DNA of 56,952 bases from Lama guanicoe (Eukaryota). The translations under genes were made by a program, and so were the position numbers. The notes under the pieces are model-generated. The model searched no databases. It was not told where the DNA came from and worked only from the letters and a program-made list of their open reading frames with translations. Positions 36,501-48,400 of the stretch are shown here, in pieces (within the stretch, counting starts at the first letter, position 1; each line of letters opens with the position of its first letter). The stretch covers positions 1,242,001 to 1,298,952 of the forward strand of contig MU054117.1 of the NCBI GenBank assembly GCA_013239625.1, written 5' to 3'.

Positions 36501-36954
36501 GTTTGGATCTGAAAGTCAGAAGTCTGCGTATATTTCAAAATAAATACCAGGCTGAGTGATCATTTCCAGGTCCTTCCTTCAAAGTCCCTAAAATGCCTTT
36601 GGTCAAAAATAAAAACTGCAAAAAGCAAAACAATAACTCTGGTCTGTTTTCGTCGGTACTGACGCCTTCCTGACATCTTGCCTCACTGGGTTTCTAGCTC
36701 TCCCTCAGAAGAACTCTGAACAATCCAGAAGCAGATGGAGAGAAACATGATTATTACATTTAATACGTTGCGCTCAGCCCTTGATGCACATGTCATACTG
36801 CCATTTTAAGTTGGTCTTCCCAGCTCCCTTGGTGGGTCTTACAGGAGGAAGGGACCATTTAGTTTCCCTAAAGAAAGCAAGTGAGGGTGGGCCCGCTGGG
36901 GTCCTCTCCCCAGATCGTGGCAGAGCAGTGGGTTATCAGAACGAGACAGCTTTC

Positions 36955-37028
36955 TCCAGGAATGAATCATCCTCACCCTGCTTTACATGAAGATGAGCAT
37001 CTTCAGAAAGTTGAAGTGAGGCGTTCAA
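36955..37028 (+). repeat. 74-bp dispersed direct repeat, copy 1
   Basis: 66/74 identical, ungapped, to 37743-37816. Confidence 0.95.
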
Positions 37029-37194
37029 AGCACACCCGGACCATCTCTAAATTAGAGCCTGAGGGCTTCACTTCCAAGCTTCCTCCCGGAACACACTCCC
37101 TGACCCCCCCCACTCAGAAGGCCCCTTAGCTTCTGGCCCGGGCTCATCACCTTGTTCTGGTCTTACCATTATTCATACACTTCTCCATCCTCTT

Positions 37195-37367
37195 TTTTTT
37201 TTTTTCTAATTGAAACACAGTCAGTTACAACGTGTCGCTTTCTGGTGTCCAGCGCAGTGTCCCAGTCATGCATACATGTACGTGTATTTGTTTTCATATT
37301 CTTTTTCATTAGAAGTTACTACAAGATATTGAACATAGTTCCCTGTGCTGTACAGAAGAAACTTTTT
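37195..37367 (-). mobile_element. Short L1 3' tail insertion
   Basis: Poly-T plus L1 terminus. 16-bp TSD ACTTCTCCA(T/C)CCTCTT at 37179-37194 and 37368-37383. Confidence 0.88.
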
Positions 37368-37742
37368 ACTTCTCCACCCTCTTACACACTAGACTGAACA
37401 AAGTATCGGTTGTTCTCAAAGTCACTTCCTACCAAAGCCAGCTTGGGAGAAAGTAAAACAGCAACTTGGAAACAATAATGTGACAGAACAGTGACAACAG
37501 TGCACCTCGGAGTTTTCAGGGCAGAGGGAAATCTCAGTACTTCGGAATGGAAACATCTTTCAGATTCTTTAGATCACAAAGGTATCTGAAAACCAACTCT
37601 TAATTTTCCCATTCAAAAAACAAGATGAACATAATTGGAATTAAGAAGCAGAAAGTACAGGCTTTCAAGTTAATCAAGAGGAAAAAAATGTCAAGGTCTG
37701 AAAAGAGAAGGAAATTTTATCTTGAGGTTGAAATGTTATCGG

Positions 37743-37816
37743 TCCAGGAATGAATAATCCTCACCGTGCTTTAAATGAAGATAAACTTCTTCAGAAAGAT
37801 GAAGTGAGACGTTCAA
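37743..37816 (+). repeat. 74-bp dispersed direct repeat, copy 2
   Basis: 66/74 identical to 36955-37028. Confidence 0.95.
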
Positions 37817-38447
37817 GGGCATCGGAGACCATGGACCATCCCTATCACGAAGGAGGCATGAAACATTACGTCCCCAGGCCCCACCGGGGGGGAACCTGCA
37901 GGAGAAGCGAGCCTCCCTTCCCTACAGTATTTTCTCGCTCCTCCCCCCCATGCTCCCGGTCCCCCAGTCTGCACCTAACTCCTGCTCAAACCATCTCCGC
38001 AGTGCGGCTTCGTACTTCTGAAATTCTCCCATTCACTCGTTTTCCAGCATTACGGGCGCACTTACGTTCTGGTTCACCGAACTCTCTAAACCGCCATCTC
38101 CACACCCAACGATCTCAGTTCCTATCCACAGACCCCACTGGGGCCCACGGCAGTCCGGACCCAGGCTCCCTGCTTCCCTGCCCTTCCCTCCAAGTCCGTC
38201 CCCGCTCCTCCCAACAGCCACGGGGGGTCCCTGAAACATGCAAACTGTGGTGTCCAGAGAGTGACACCCACATTCCCACAGTGGACTGGCAGCCTCACAC
38301 CGAAGCTTTCAGATATAATTTTTAGTAAAACAGTCCTGCCTATTTGAGGCTGTTCTTAAAAACGATATATGAATTCTTATTTCAAAAATCCTTATTTTAA
38401 AGGAAAAGAAGAAATTAAAAAAAGAGAAAAAACTTTCTTATTTTAGT

Positions 38448-38580
38448 GGGGAGGGTACAGCTCAGGGGTGGAGCACATGCTTGGTACGCACGAGGCCCTG
38501 GTTTCAATCCCCAGTGCCTCTATCAAAATAAAGAAATAAACCTAATGACTCTCCCAATAAAAAAATTTTTTAAAAAAACC
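38448..38580 (+). mobile_element. Vic-1-like SINE
   Basis: GGGGAGGGTACAGCTCAGGGGTGGAGCACATGC...GTTTCAATCCCCAG plus A-rich tail with AAACCTAAT. Confidence 0.88.
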
Positions 38581-40225
38581 CAAAAATCTTTATGCTAAAA
38601 AACTGTCCAGAATAGGAAAGTTTGGATGGCAAAGCTGCCCTCCATCCCTCCCTCCCTGGAGGTCCAGTGGCCGAGTCAGCTGTGTCCTTTGGACCCAACC
38701 CCAGCCTTCACAGTGGTGACTGCCCCCAGCCTGGGGCGGATCGCCTTCCCCTCCGCCCGTATAAGGTCCTGACACGCGGCGCCCGGCAGCCCGGTCAGGC
38801 CCCTGAAGGGGCCGCGGTCCCCAGGCAGCTTGGACTGCTGCTCCCTCGGTCTCCTGCTTCAGAACCCCGTCCAGCCCCTCTCTGGGAACCATCAGCGCGT
38901 TATCTACGTGGTGCTGACAGTCAAGCGGCAGGGCTGGGAGCCCTGAGCCCGCTGTTATCAGTTACGGAGCTAAAACGACGTTAAAAGAGCCCATAAAAAC
39001 GCTAGCAAGTGCTCCTCCTGACCAGCCCATCGGGAGTCGGTTCACAGTCACAAGAGCCTGCTGGTTTACTGGGGTTAATTGCTAATTAAGAGTCAAAGTG
39101 CTAGAGCTTATGAACGATTTTTTTAAAATACGAATGAGGGGGGGCTGCAGGTTATCTCTCGCTTGGTGAACGTTTGTTTGGCAGTGAGCCTGGGGGGCCC
39201 CCAGGCAGGGAGACAGCCCCACCTCCCGCTCCCTGTAGGAGCCCTGCTCCCTCAGGTGCGAGGGAAAGAGGAGGACTTGCACCGGGAAGGGCTCCCAGCC
39301 CACAGCCTGGCTGGTCTGAGCCGCGGCCCGGAACCTGCACGTGCCCGTGCGAGCATCTCCTGTGTGTCTTTTAGGAAAAAAGTTGGGGGTCTGTCACTGC
39401 CTGGAGTTCCCAGTGCGGGAGGCCTGGTCGGCCGGGACCAGGAGGCAGAGCCGAGGTTACATCGTCCAAGATGAAGTTCCCTCCAGCCCCGGCCCCCGCT
39501 CGGGTCCGCCGGGCGGCCTGGACTTTGTCAGCCCCACGCAAGCTGAAAGGACTCCGGGAGGTCAAGCCAGCCCAGGTCCTCGACTTGGATGATGATCTGC
39601 GTTGTCCTGGCTTCACCTCAGTCGCTCTGTTTTATTAGAGGGAAGGTTTGCGAGAAGGAAAGGAGTGGTGCGAAGGTTCCTCCTGCTGTTGGAGGCCCGT
39701 GCGGGCTGTGCTGAGGGTGGGCCACCTCCGTGTGCATCTCCGCGGGGACCCGACTCCCGAGTGGGGAGTCCCCTGAGCTGCTTCATGGAGTGGGGGGCCG
39801 GGACCCCATCCCCCAAGACCCCACAGAGGGAGACGGTTCAGAGCTCGTACCCAGCCTGCACATCGGGCTGGGGGGAGTTCCAGGGGCCAAGTTCGGACGG
39901 TCCCCTAAAGACGCTGCCCTGAGGACCACGCCCAGCCCCCGGCCTCCTCCACGTGCACGTGAAAATCTAGCAGACACGCCGTCACTGTCACTGCTCCTCC
40001 CTGGAGGCCCCAGCAGCCTTCGCGGGCTTACAGTGCTGCCAGCTCCGATACGCACGCGTATTTCTGGCTTTCTGGCTCTGGCAGTGGGAGCCTGGAGACC
40101 AAGGAGGAGGAGGAGGAAGACTTGGTCCCAGGGTCCCTGAGTGGAGCTGTTAGTGTTTGGTCAGAGGGCCACTAACCCCAGCCCTGCACCGAGACCTGTG
40201 CTGCGGCTGGAGTACTCAGGGCCGG

Positions 40226-40272
40226 AGAGAGGCAGGCAGGCGGAGAGGCAGGCAGGCAGGCAGACAGACTGA
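40226..40272. repeat. (GGCA)n/(GACA)n simple repeat
   Basis: Direct reading. Confidence 0.8.
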
Positions 40273-41039
40273 CTTTCTTTTGGTCCAACTCTCATTCAGC
40301 ATCTCCTGAGAAACTGAATTGCTTTTATCTCGAAGTGGAATGACGGGACGAGCGCGCATGGGAGGAGAAAGCTGCGGGAATCTTAATTTTTACTTTAATA
40401 AAAGTTTTTCCTCCCTCGGGGTTTTGCTTCTCTGTCCATATAAGTCCATAGAAAATATTTTTCTTAGAGTCCACAGTCTGTCCACGTTTGTTTGTACAGA
40501 TTTTTAACGGCAAACGAGAGACAAGCAGGGAGACGTGGACGCTGACTGTCGTGCTCAGATGGTGCCTCAGATCTTTCCCGTCTGGCTCAGGAGCAATGTG
40601 TTCATCGGGACTGACCGCAGAGGACGTTTGAAATACACTCTCCAGTTCATCAAAGACGGAGCCTCGCTCCTCCCCTCCCCGCGGCCCGCGCCAGGTGCTC
40701 AGGGTGAGTGCGGTGCTCATCGGAGCCCCGGGGCTGGGACCGGCGGGTCCCCGGGCGCCCCCTCAGCCCCTGGCCGAGGCAGGACAGCAAGCTTCGCAGG
40801 GTTTAGTACCACGGAGGTCCCGGCTTCGGATTCCTCAGAGGAAGGGTGTGGCGACGCCCCCGGCCCGCCGGCAGGGTGGCCCTCCGGGGCGTGTGACTGT
40901 CCCTGCTCTGCCACCAGCCTGCATGCACCCCGCCTCTGTGCACACGCTGCTTCCCCAGGTGTGGTCTTTGGACAAGGATCACCTGGGTGCCGGCCAAAAA
41001 TGCATTTCTCAGGGGAAGGTTCACAGCCTTTCTACGCTA

Positions 41040-41540
41040 TCCCCAGGGAGTTCTTCTAAAAATGTAACCAGATCACATTGCTGTCCTGGTTAAAAACCAC
41101 CACCAGCCTCCTGCCCGGTGACGAACAGAGCCCCAGCTCCTCACCGCGGGACTGTGAGTATCAGAGCCCCAGGTGCTCCCGGAGCGCCCCGCCGCCAGCC
41201 CCCACCCTCCCGAACGCCAGCCTCTCATCCTAGTGTCACCTCTGTGCCGGGCACAGCCTGTGCCCCAGGCCCAGAGTGCTCTTCCGTCCGCCTGCCTCCG
41301 AGGCCGGGCTCACGTGACCTTTATGAGCCTCCTGTCTCTCCCCCGTGTCCCCCACGCTGTCTGAGGCCCCAGTATCCACACCCCCGGCTCCCACCGTAAC
41401 GTCCCCCTTGCCCTGGAAGGTTCTCCCAGTCGCGGCGGCCCGGGGGCGTTGGACTGACAAGGATGAAAGTGTGTATCATGTTTCTCCCAGGTGCCCGGCT
41501 CCGTGCCAGGGGCTGTGGGTTCACTGCCGAGCGAAGCTTG
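41040..41540 (+). mobile_element. Degenerate L2 fragment
   Basis: TTCTAAAAATGTAACCAGATCACATTGCTGTCCTGGTTAAAAACC resembles an L2 hallmark segment. Confidence 0.5.
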
Positions 41541-41799
41541 TTCCAGTCTCAGAAAGCTGACAGCCTCGTGGGAAGAGAAACAATTAGAAATTACCAGACT
41601 CTGTGATGAATGTGGTCACTGGGAAAGTCCCTGGGGCAGTTCGGGGTGAGGAACCCCTGTCAAGGGGCCCTGACCCAGCCTGGGGCCCAGAGAATGCCTC
41701 CCAGACCACGCCAGGGCCGACCTCGCCTCCTGGGCCTGCGGCGCACACAAGGGGAGGTTCTGGGTGACATTTATCAACTGAAGAGTCACCTCACTGGGG

Positions 41800-42400
41800 A
41801 TGAACCTCAGTGCTCCGCCCAGACCTTGGACCCACAGGCCCAGTTATTAGCCGTCTCTATGCACGCGCGCCCCAGGCAGCTCGACCTAACCCTCTGAAAA
41901 CTCAGCAGCACCCCCTCCCAAACCTCTCTGCCTGCCCGGACAGTCTACAGCCTCCGGAAGAGACACCTCGGCTGGGCCGAACAGGAGCCTGGACTTCCGT
42001 GTGGTCCCTCCCTCGCTCGTGGCAGACCCCGTGCCTGGCCAGGGCATCCCAGCCCGTCACCCTGCTTCACCCTGTCTCCGTCCGCACTACCTCGGCCCCA
42101 GCCCATCCTCATCTCTTGGAACTCTGACCCAGCTCCCAAGAGTGATTTTTCTGATGCACAAGCCTGATTCTGTCACTTCCTTGCTCACACTTCTCCAGTG
42201 GCTCCTTCTTGCCCATAGGTTAAAACCTGAGCTCTGCCACACACCGTCCGCGGCCCTGGGTGATCTGGCCCAAAGCTTCCCTCCACGGCTGCTGTCCCAC
42301 CAGCGCGCGCCCGTGGCGCTGAGTCCGGCAGTCCTGTTCTCGCAACACGCCACGGCCTCCCACGCCCGGCCGGCGCGCACCATGCTCTCCTCTGGGACCC
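41800..42400 (+). mobile_element. Degenerate L2 fragment
   Basis: AGAGTGATTTTTCTGATGCACAAGCCTGATTCTGTCACTTCCTTGCTCACACTTCTCCAGTGGCTCC...GGCCCTGGGTGATCTGGCCC. Confidence 0.65.
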
Positions 42401-42592
42401 GGGCAGGACCCCTGGACCAGCACAAGGGACCTCCTAAAGCACCAGCTAGGCTGAGACCTGAGAAAATGGAGGGTGCTGGGTGCGTCTTACTGGTAACCCA
42501 AAAAGCTCAAAGTGTAACGAGCAGTGTTTTGATCAGATCAGAATGTTCCTATGTTGAAAGAGGCACATTGTTTGCATTAAAATATTCCCTGC

Positions 42593-42652
42593 ACCTACGA
42601 GGAACTAACACAACATTGTAAACTGACTATACTTCGATTAAAAAAATGTATC
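42593..42652 (+). mobile_element. About 60-bp L1 3' tail insertion
   Basis: AACTAACACAACATTGTAAACTGACTATACTTC plus A tail. TSD AAA(T/C)ATTCCCTGC at 42580-42592 and 42653-42665. Confidence 0.82.
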
Positions 42653-42669
42653 AAACATTCCCTGCCCCC

Positions 42670-42842
42670 GATTACAAAGGTGCAGGAGGACACTTTCGAG
42701 GGTGAAGCAAAGTTCTGTGTCTTGATTATGGTGGTGACTCCACGGGGGATGCACACCTGTCAAAACTCGCGACACTGCAGACTTTAAATGAGAGCGATCT
42801 ACTGAACATAAATTACGTCTGCATAAGGTTGCTATGAAAAAC
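42670..42842 (+). mobile_element. Old L1MC/ME 3' end
   Basis: GTTCTGTGTCTTGATTATGGTGGTG...TGTCAAAACTC...ACTTTAAATG...AAATTAC...ATAAGGTTG. Confidence 0.7.
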
Positions 42843-43342
42843 GTCCCCTCCCTCAGACCAACCACGGCCGGAGCTGTCCTGTCTCCCCTAATACACTCCA
42901 TCCCTGCCCACCGGCCTACCTTTCCTGACCTCCCCAGACAAACACGGGCGCCTTCTCTTGTCCCCTCAGTTCTAGTCACTCCGTCCCAACCTTGCTGGTG
43001 GGCCTCTGAAGTCCCCTTGGTGGAGGAATCTGCAGTCACAGAACTTAAGACCCCACAGAAATACGAGGCTGGGGGTGGCGAGGTCCCAAGTGGCTGGAGC
43101 ACAGGACTGCGTGTGTCCTGGTAACCCCTGCTCTTAGCAGCGAATGTACTCAGGGCACAGCAGGTGTCCCACAGACGCCCGAGGAGCAAGCGGAGGACAG
43201 ACACGCTCCTGGCCCACGGGCTCAGGCAACTCTCGCCCGAGGAAGACCGACGGAGCTGTCGGAACGACCACGGCGGGGCCAGTCCTGCACTCATCTCGCT
43301 CCCGAGGAACCTAAGAAAAGTCCAGGTTTATTAAAAAGTCAC

Positions 43343-43542
43343 ACGTTACTGTATATAAAGTAAACAACATGGACCTACTGCAGAGCACAGGCAACTATAT
43401 TCAGTATCTTTTTGTAACATAAAATGGAAAAGAATCTGAGAAGAAAATGTATATATGTACGTGTATGTGTAACTGAATCACTTCGCTGTGCGCCTGAAAC
43501 TAACATTGCAAATCAACTACACTTCAGTAAAAAAATTGTTTT
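43343..43542 (+). mobile_element. L1 3' tail (cetartiodactyl type)
   Basis: AAACAACATGGACCTACTGCAGAGCACAGGCAACTATATTCAGTATC...AACTGAATCACTT...AATCAACTACACTTCA. Flanking AAGTCAC repeats at 43336-43342 and 43543-43549. Confidence 0.88.
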
Positions 43543-45055
43543 AAGTCACTTTTGAGAACCGCTGGGCCCCATGCAGCCATTTCAAAGTCAAGGAACCGAC
43601 ACACACGATGAGACTATTTCAAGAATCTTTTTAAAAGTGTTACTTGGGTTTATACGACTGATGAGCTACGTTCCCTGAACGTTGCTGGTTTAAGAAGCCA
43701 GTGTCACAGTGACAGCCAAACATGGACGTGCTTTTAGAGGCAAAGACAAGGAGATCTGACATCTAAGTTACGCCCAAGCTTCTCAAGCAGTCCCCCGCCA
43801 GACGGTCATAGCAACGCGGGGCTGTCAGTGACAAACAAGAGCCAGGCAGGGTGGGGACACTGACCGGGTCGGCGGACGGGAGCTGCCGCGGTCGGGCAGG
43901 GACTCCCACCCCAGACGCAGCAGACAGGGGCGAGAGGAGCCGGGCCATGTGGCAGCCCGTCCTTTGGCCACCGTTCCCACAGCCACTCGGGAGACCTCCA
44001 AGGGGCTAAATGTCAAGGGAGGCCGAGGAGAGTTAATACCATGCTGTCCCCACGATCACATCGTCGAAGACTTACTGAGTGTTTAGAGTATTCCTGGACT
44101 GAAACGGGCAAAAAGTGGTGCAGAAACTTGGGTTTGGCTGCCTCGCTCATTCCGTCCGCAGCTCAGCCCAGATGGCCCCCTCAGGCCTCATGGTCTTCAC
44201 TTGTGAAACCAGACAAAATACTAGACGCTGCCTGTGCCACCAGGCCAGGAGGGGCGACAGGGAATCGCGAAGAGTGAAGCAACCTCGCCTCCGCGAGCAC
44301 GTCCCGCAGGTGCCCCCAGCCCCGCACGCCCGGGCAAAGAGGCCCACCTTGCAACTGCCAGCTCCTGGGCAGGGCCCTCGCCGCCCACCAGAGTAGGAAT
44401 GAATGCTCCCTGGGACGGCCCCCAGCCTGCGGCCACTCCAGCCCCCAGGGGCGTGTGTCCCGTCCAGGCTGAGCTCCCAGCGGCCTCCACCCCACCTGCC
44501 CCAGGGAACTGGCCGGGCCGCCCACCCTCCCTTGTCGCACTCTCCCACCCCTGACCTCACAAATCATTTTCCAAACACCACCACCTTCCCTCACCTTGGA
44601 AAGGAAAGAAAAATGAAAAGGGGGGAAAGATACGGCAAGAGGAAGATGGGATGAACTCAGGCTGCCCCGAATGGGGCCTTGGACTTACGTACACGGTCTC
44701 CATCAACACACACACGAGAGGAGAAGGCAGCACGGATCATGTGAGCTCGTACAGAGGTGAAGAGGCAGCCGTCTTTTCCTTTCAGCTCTTGAGAATTTCT
44801 GTGTCTTCTTCTCTCCCCACCCTTAGGAAAACGCTTTTAAATGATTATGGTTATATTATTAAAGGTAACTCCTCTAGATTGTTCTTAATGTCTCAGGACG
44901 ACACTTCGTGCTGTCGGCCCAAAGTGACCTCCAGGAAGCACACTCTCGTTATGCACATATGTATGTGCGTGCGTGTGTGTATGTACACGTGTGTTATGCA
45001 TGCATGTCCACAGATACATAAAATGATGGTCCGTATACTAATGGTACAGGTTTCT

Positions 45056-45184
45056 TTCTTTTTTTTAGTTTTTTTGGGGGTAATTAGGTTTATTTATTCA
45101 TTGTTAGAGGCGGTACTGGGGATTGAACCCAGGACCTCGTGCACACTAAGCACACGCTCCACCACTTGAACTGTACCCTCCCCC
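45056..45184 (-). mobile_element. Vic-1-like SINE
   Basis: Full tRNA-like body and tail. 16-bp TSD AATGGTACAGGTTTCT (45040-45055) / AAGGGTACAGATTTCT (45185-45200). Confidence 0.9.
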
Positions 45185-48100
45185 AAGGGTACAGATTTCT
45201 GAGAAAGCGAATGGCGGTCACTCCGCGATAGCTGGCCTCGAAGACACCCACACTCCCCAAAGGAAGCGCGGTGGGAGGCCTGGCAGTCCCCCTCTGGGAC
45301 ACAGCCTGTCTCCGTGTTTCATTTGCCCGTCCTTCCCCGAAGCACTGTCAACCCCTTGACAAGTCATCCTTCGTTACTGTTCCTGAGAGCCCCAATGGGG
45401 GAGAAATTCACTGCGTGTCTCACAGAGGCAAATCCTCTCCCGGCGGGCTTTTCACGTCCACGGAAGCCATTTAGAATTTATCCCGGCTTCCTTTTGCCCC
45501 GTCTGTTTGGTGTTTGTTGTCGCTTCTTGTTTTGTCTTTCTCTCTCCCTGGTTTTATAAACCAAGTGGGATCATTTTGCCCCATGAGTGAGGGGAATGCT
45601 TCTGAAAGAATAAAGATTGAAAGAGGACTGGGGTAGGAGACAGAAGGAGGCTGAGGAGAAGCAAACTGAGCCGGCTGGGCAGGGACGGCCGCCCTCCCGA
45701 CGTGGAGGGCACGGGTGGGGGTCACCTTACGCAGGGACCACGAAGGACCACAGGGGACAGAAACAGCCCACATTAAGAGCAGGTCAAGCCAGTGACAAGC
45801 AAATGCCTTCCCAACATCCCGGCTCTCACGGCTCTGCGTTCCCTCGGTCCGCCCGTCCCAGCCGTGGGGACGGGACTCCGCGGCACCCAGCGGAGGCGCC
45901 CCCAGCTGCAAAGTTCTCCACTGCCCTCTTCCAGCGCTGTCTACCAGCCCCACCTGAGTCCGGATCTGACAGCCAACAGGTTGGAGAACTTGTCTCTCTC
46001 TCTTTTTTTAAAACTGAAGTAGAGCCAGCCACAACGTATCAACTGCTGTGTCGACTGCTGTGCACAGTGTATACGCAGCATCATTCCCAGCCATGCACAT
46101 GCGCACATACAGTCATTTTCATGTTCTTTTCCATTAGATAACCTCGTCTCTTTTGCTGCTGTCTGCGCCCAGTCTGAGGACACTGCTCAGGACGCTCCCC
46201 CGCTGCCCCGTGGGCCTGCTGGTCCGGATCCAGAATTAGGGTCCCAGGGCATGAGCCTCCCTGCATGTGAGCCTGGCCGGCTCAGACCTGCAGTCTAGGG
46301 AGCCTGTCTGAAAACATGAGGCGCCGTCCAGGGTGTGGGCCCTTTGTTGGGAGACCTTACACTGAATGACAAAGGGTTAGAGGCAGTGACTGTCTAGTCC
46401 TGTGGCTTTAAACTTACTACTTTTTTTTAGGAAATAAAAGTGCTTTCCTACTAAAATCGTAAATTAAAGCAAAAGAAATAAAAACGTGTGTAGTTGAAAC
46501 TCAGGGAGGGAAGGGGACCTCCTGACTGGCCCCTAAGGAACAACTGTCTCGAAAGCCGCTTGCTAGCACAGATCCCTCCACTCCACAGACAAGGGGGTGG
46601 GTGCACAGGCAGGGGAGTCAGCGGCCCAGGCCACAGGGCCCGGCCAAGCCGGCTTCCCGACGTTCAGTCCTCTGTCTAGTGTAACGCCCTGTCTCTGGGA
46701 CTCTGTTCTGAGCCACGTGGAATTCCACTTGGCCCTATTAAGCCACGAAAATGCCTGACTCGGTGCTTTAATTAAAGACTCTCTCCTGTCCGCTTCCTGC
46801 CAGTGAGAAGCTGTTATAGTTCTTCATACCACGTTAACTCCGACTGGTAATTCTGAGCTCCTCTTGGCAGAGTAATATGGGTCAGATTCCATTAAACACA
46901 TATCACTACAATAAAAATTGTTTCTCAGATCCACCACGTGGTCCACAGACTCCAGTAAAATTTAATCAGCGAGAATTTAGTACTAAACTACAGAAGAATT
47001 TGGACAGCGTTTTGAATTTCGTTGTAAAAAGATTTGCCTAAATTGTATACATTGGCCTTGTGTTGGAAGATTTGATCCTTCAGACGGCAGTGGGCTTCCA
47101 AGTCCTTCACCATAAAAGTGGCTGCATGCTGTGGAATATGACGCTGGGACGCTGCTGCCAGGACCCCCAGGATTACCCCCACCCCACTCACGCCCCAGGC
47201 AGTCAGATGTGACACGCAGTTGGCCGGCCTGGTGCAGAGAGAAGACCCACCAGCCCTCCCCAGGCCCCCCAGGCCGCCCAGGCCTCAGCGGGGCCCCGGG
47301 GAGTGCACTCTGGGAGCCCAGCTTCGTCGGTAAGGAGTTGGGGCATTTACAAGACTGGAGAACTCACTAAAGCAATGATGTTCAAGGCAGTTTAAAACAG
47401 GGAAGACAAGTGGGAACTTGGAAGAAACCGGGGGGCTGGGGGGCTGGCAGCTCTGTGACCCAGCCTGTGTGTGCCCAGGGCGGGGGGCCCAGAGGCCGCG
47501 GGGAGGGGGTGATGCTCCAGCTTCTGCAAGGATTGGGCGCAGAAGCGACAGCAGGGGAAAGGAGGCCGCGAGGAACGAGGAAGTTGTCTGCACGGAGTAT
47601 AAATTCAAGGCTGAGGTCCAAGCAAAACATAACATTGGGACGAAAAAAAAATAAGAGAAACATTTCAGATGACAAAGCTGGAAGTCTGTCTCTGAGATGT
47701 GGCTTCTCAGATCTGCCTCTCACGCCTGGCGGCCAGAACCAGAGCCCTGTCATCTCTAGACACCGAGTCCCCGACGGGCAAGGCCCCCGGGGCAGATGGA
47801 GCCCGCCCACCGCGCCCGGGTCCTGGGTGGGGGATGACAGGTGTGGGGCCAACACGTACCCCGACCCAGGCTGCTCAGCCCTGAGCTTGGACCTGAAACC
47901 TGGTACTGGAGCAGGTCACGCTGGGACACTCCCTGAACTCCTGCCCCGTTCCTGGCACTTCTTGCCTTGCAGAGGGAGGGGAATGCTAGCAGCACTGAAA
48001 GCACAGGGGGAAGATGAAGCCTTGGCTGACGTCGACTCACACTCGTCAGTGCGCGTGGCAGGAGGGCGCATGTTCCACAGGACGTGCCGCCCGGGCCGCA

Positions 48101-48249
48101 GGCTAACGGAGGCCGAGAACCAGGCTGAGGCTTAAACTTTGGGGCTTTTAAATACTTTGCCTCACACGTTGTTTTGCAGGGACCTACAGCCTTCTAGGAG
48201 GGTGGGGTGCTGACAACACGCAAATTCTGCAGCACAGCTGGAAGGGCGC

Positions 48250-48400
48250 TGGGGTTTAAAACTCACTTGTGCCAACTGTTTGCTGCAGGACCTTGAGCAA
48301 GTTCGCTCCCTCCTGGCCCTCAGTCCCTCATCTGTAAAATGGGACTATTAAGACCTACTTCCTAGGGTTATGGTTGCAATAAATGAAATGAGGTGATGGC
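48250..48400 (+). mobile_element. MIR SINE
   Basis: GACCTTGAGCAAGTT...CCTCAGTCCCTCATCTGTAAAATGGG...ACCTACTTCCTAGGGTT. Confidence 0.85.

Noticed and set aside
36955..37816. Coding, snoRNA or CRISPR interpretation of the 74-bp repeat pair
   Set aside because: Differences are mostly nonsynonymous in the open frames, there is no proper C/D box arrangement, and there are only two copies far apart in a eukaryotic genome.
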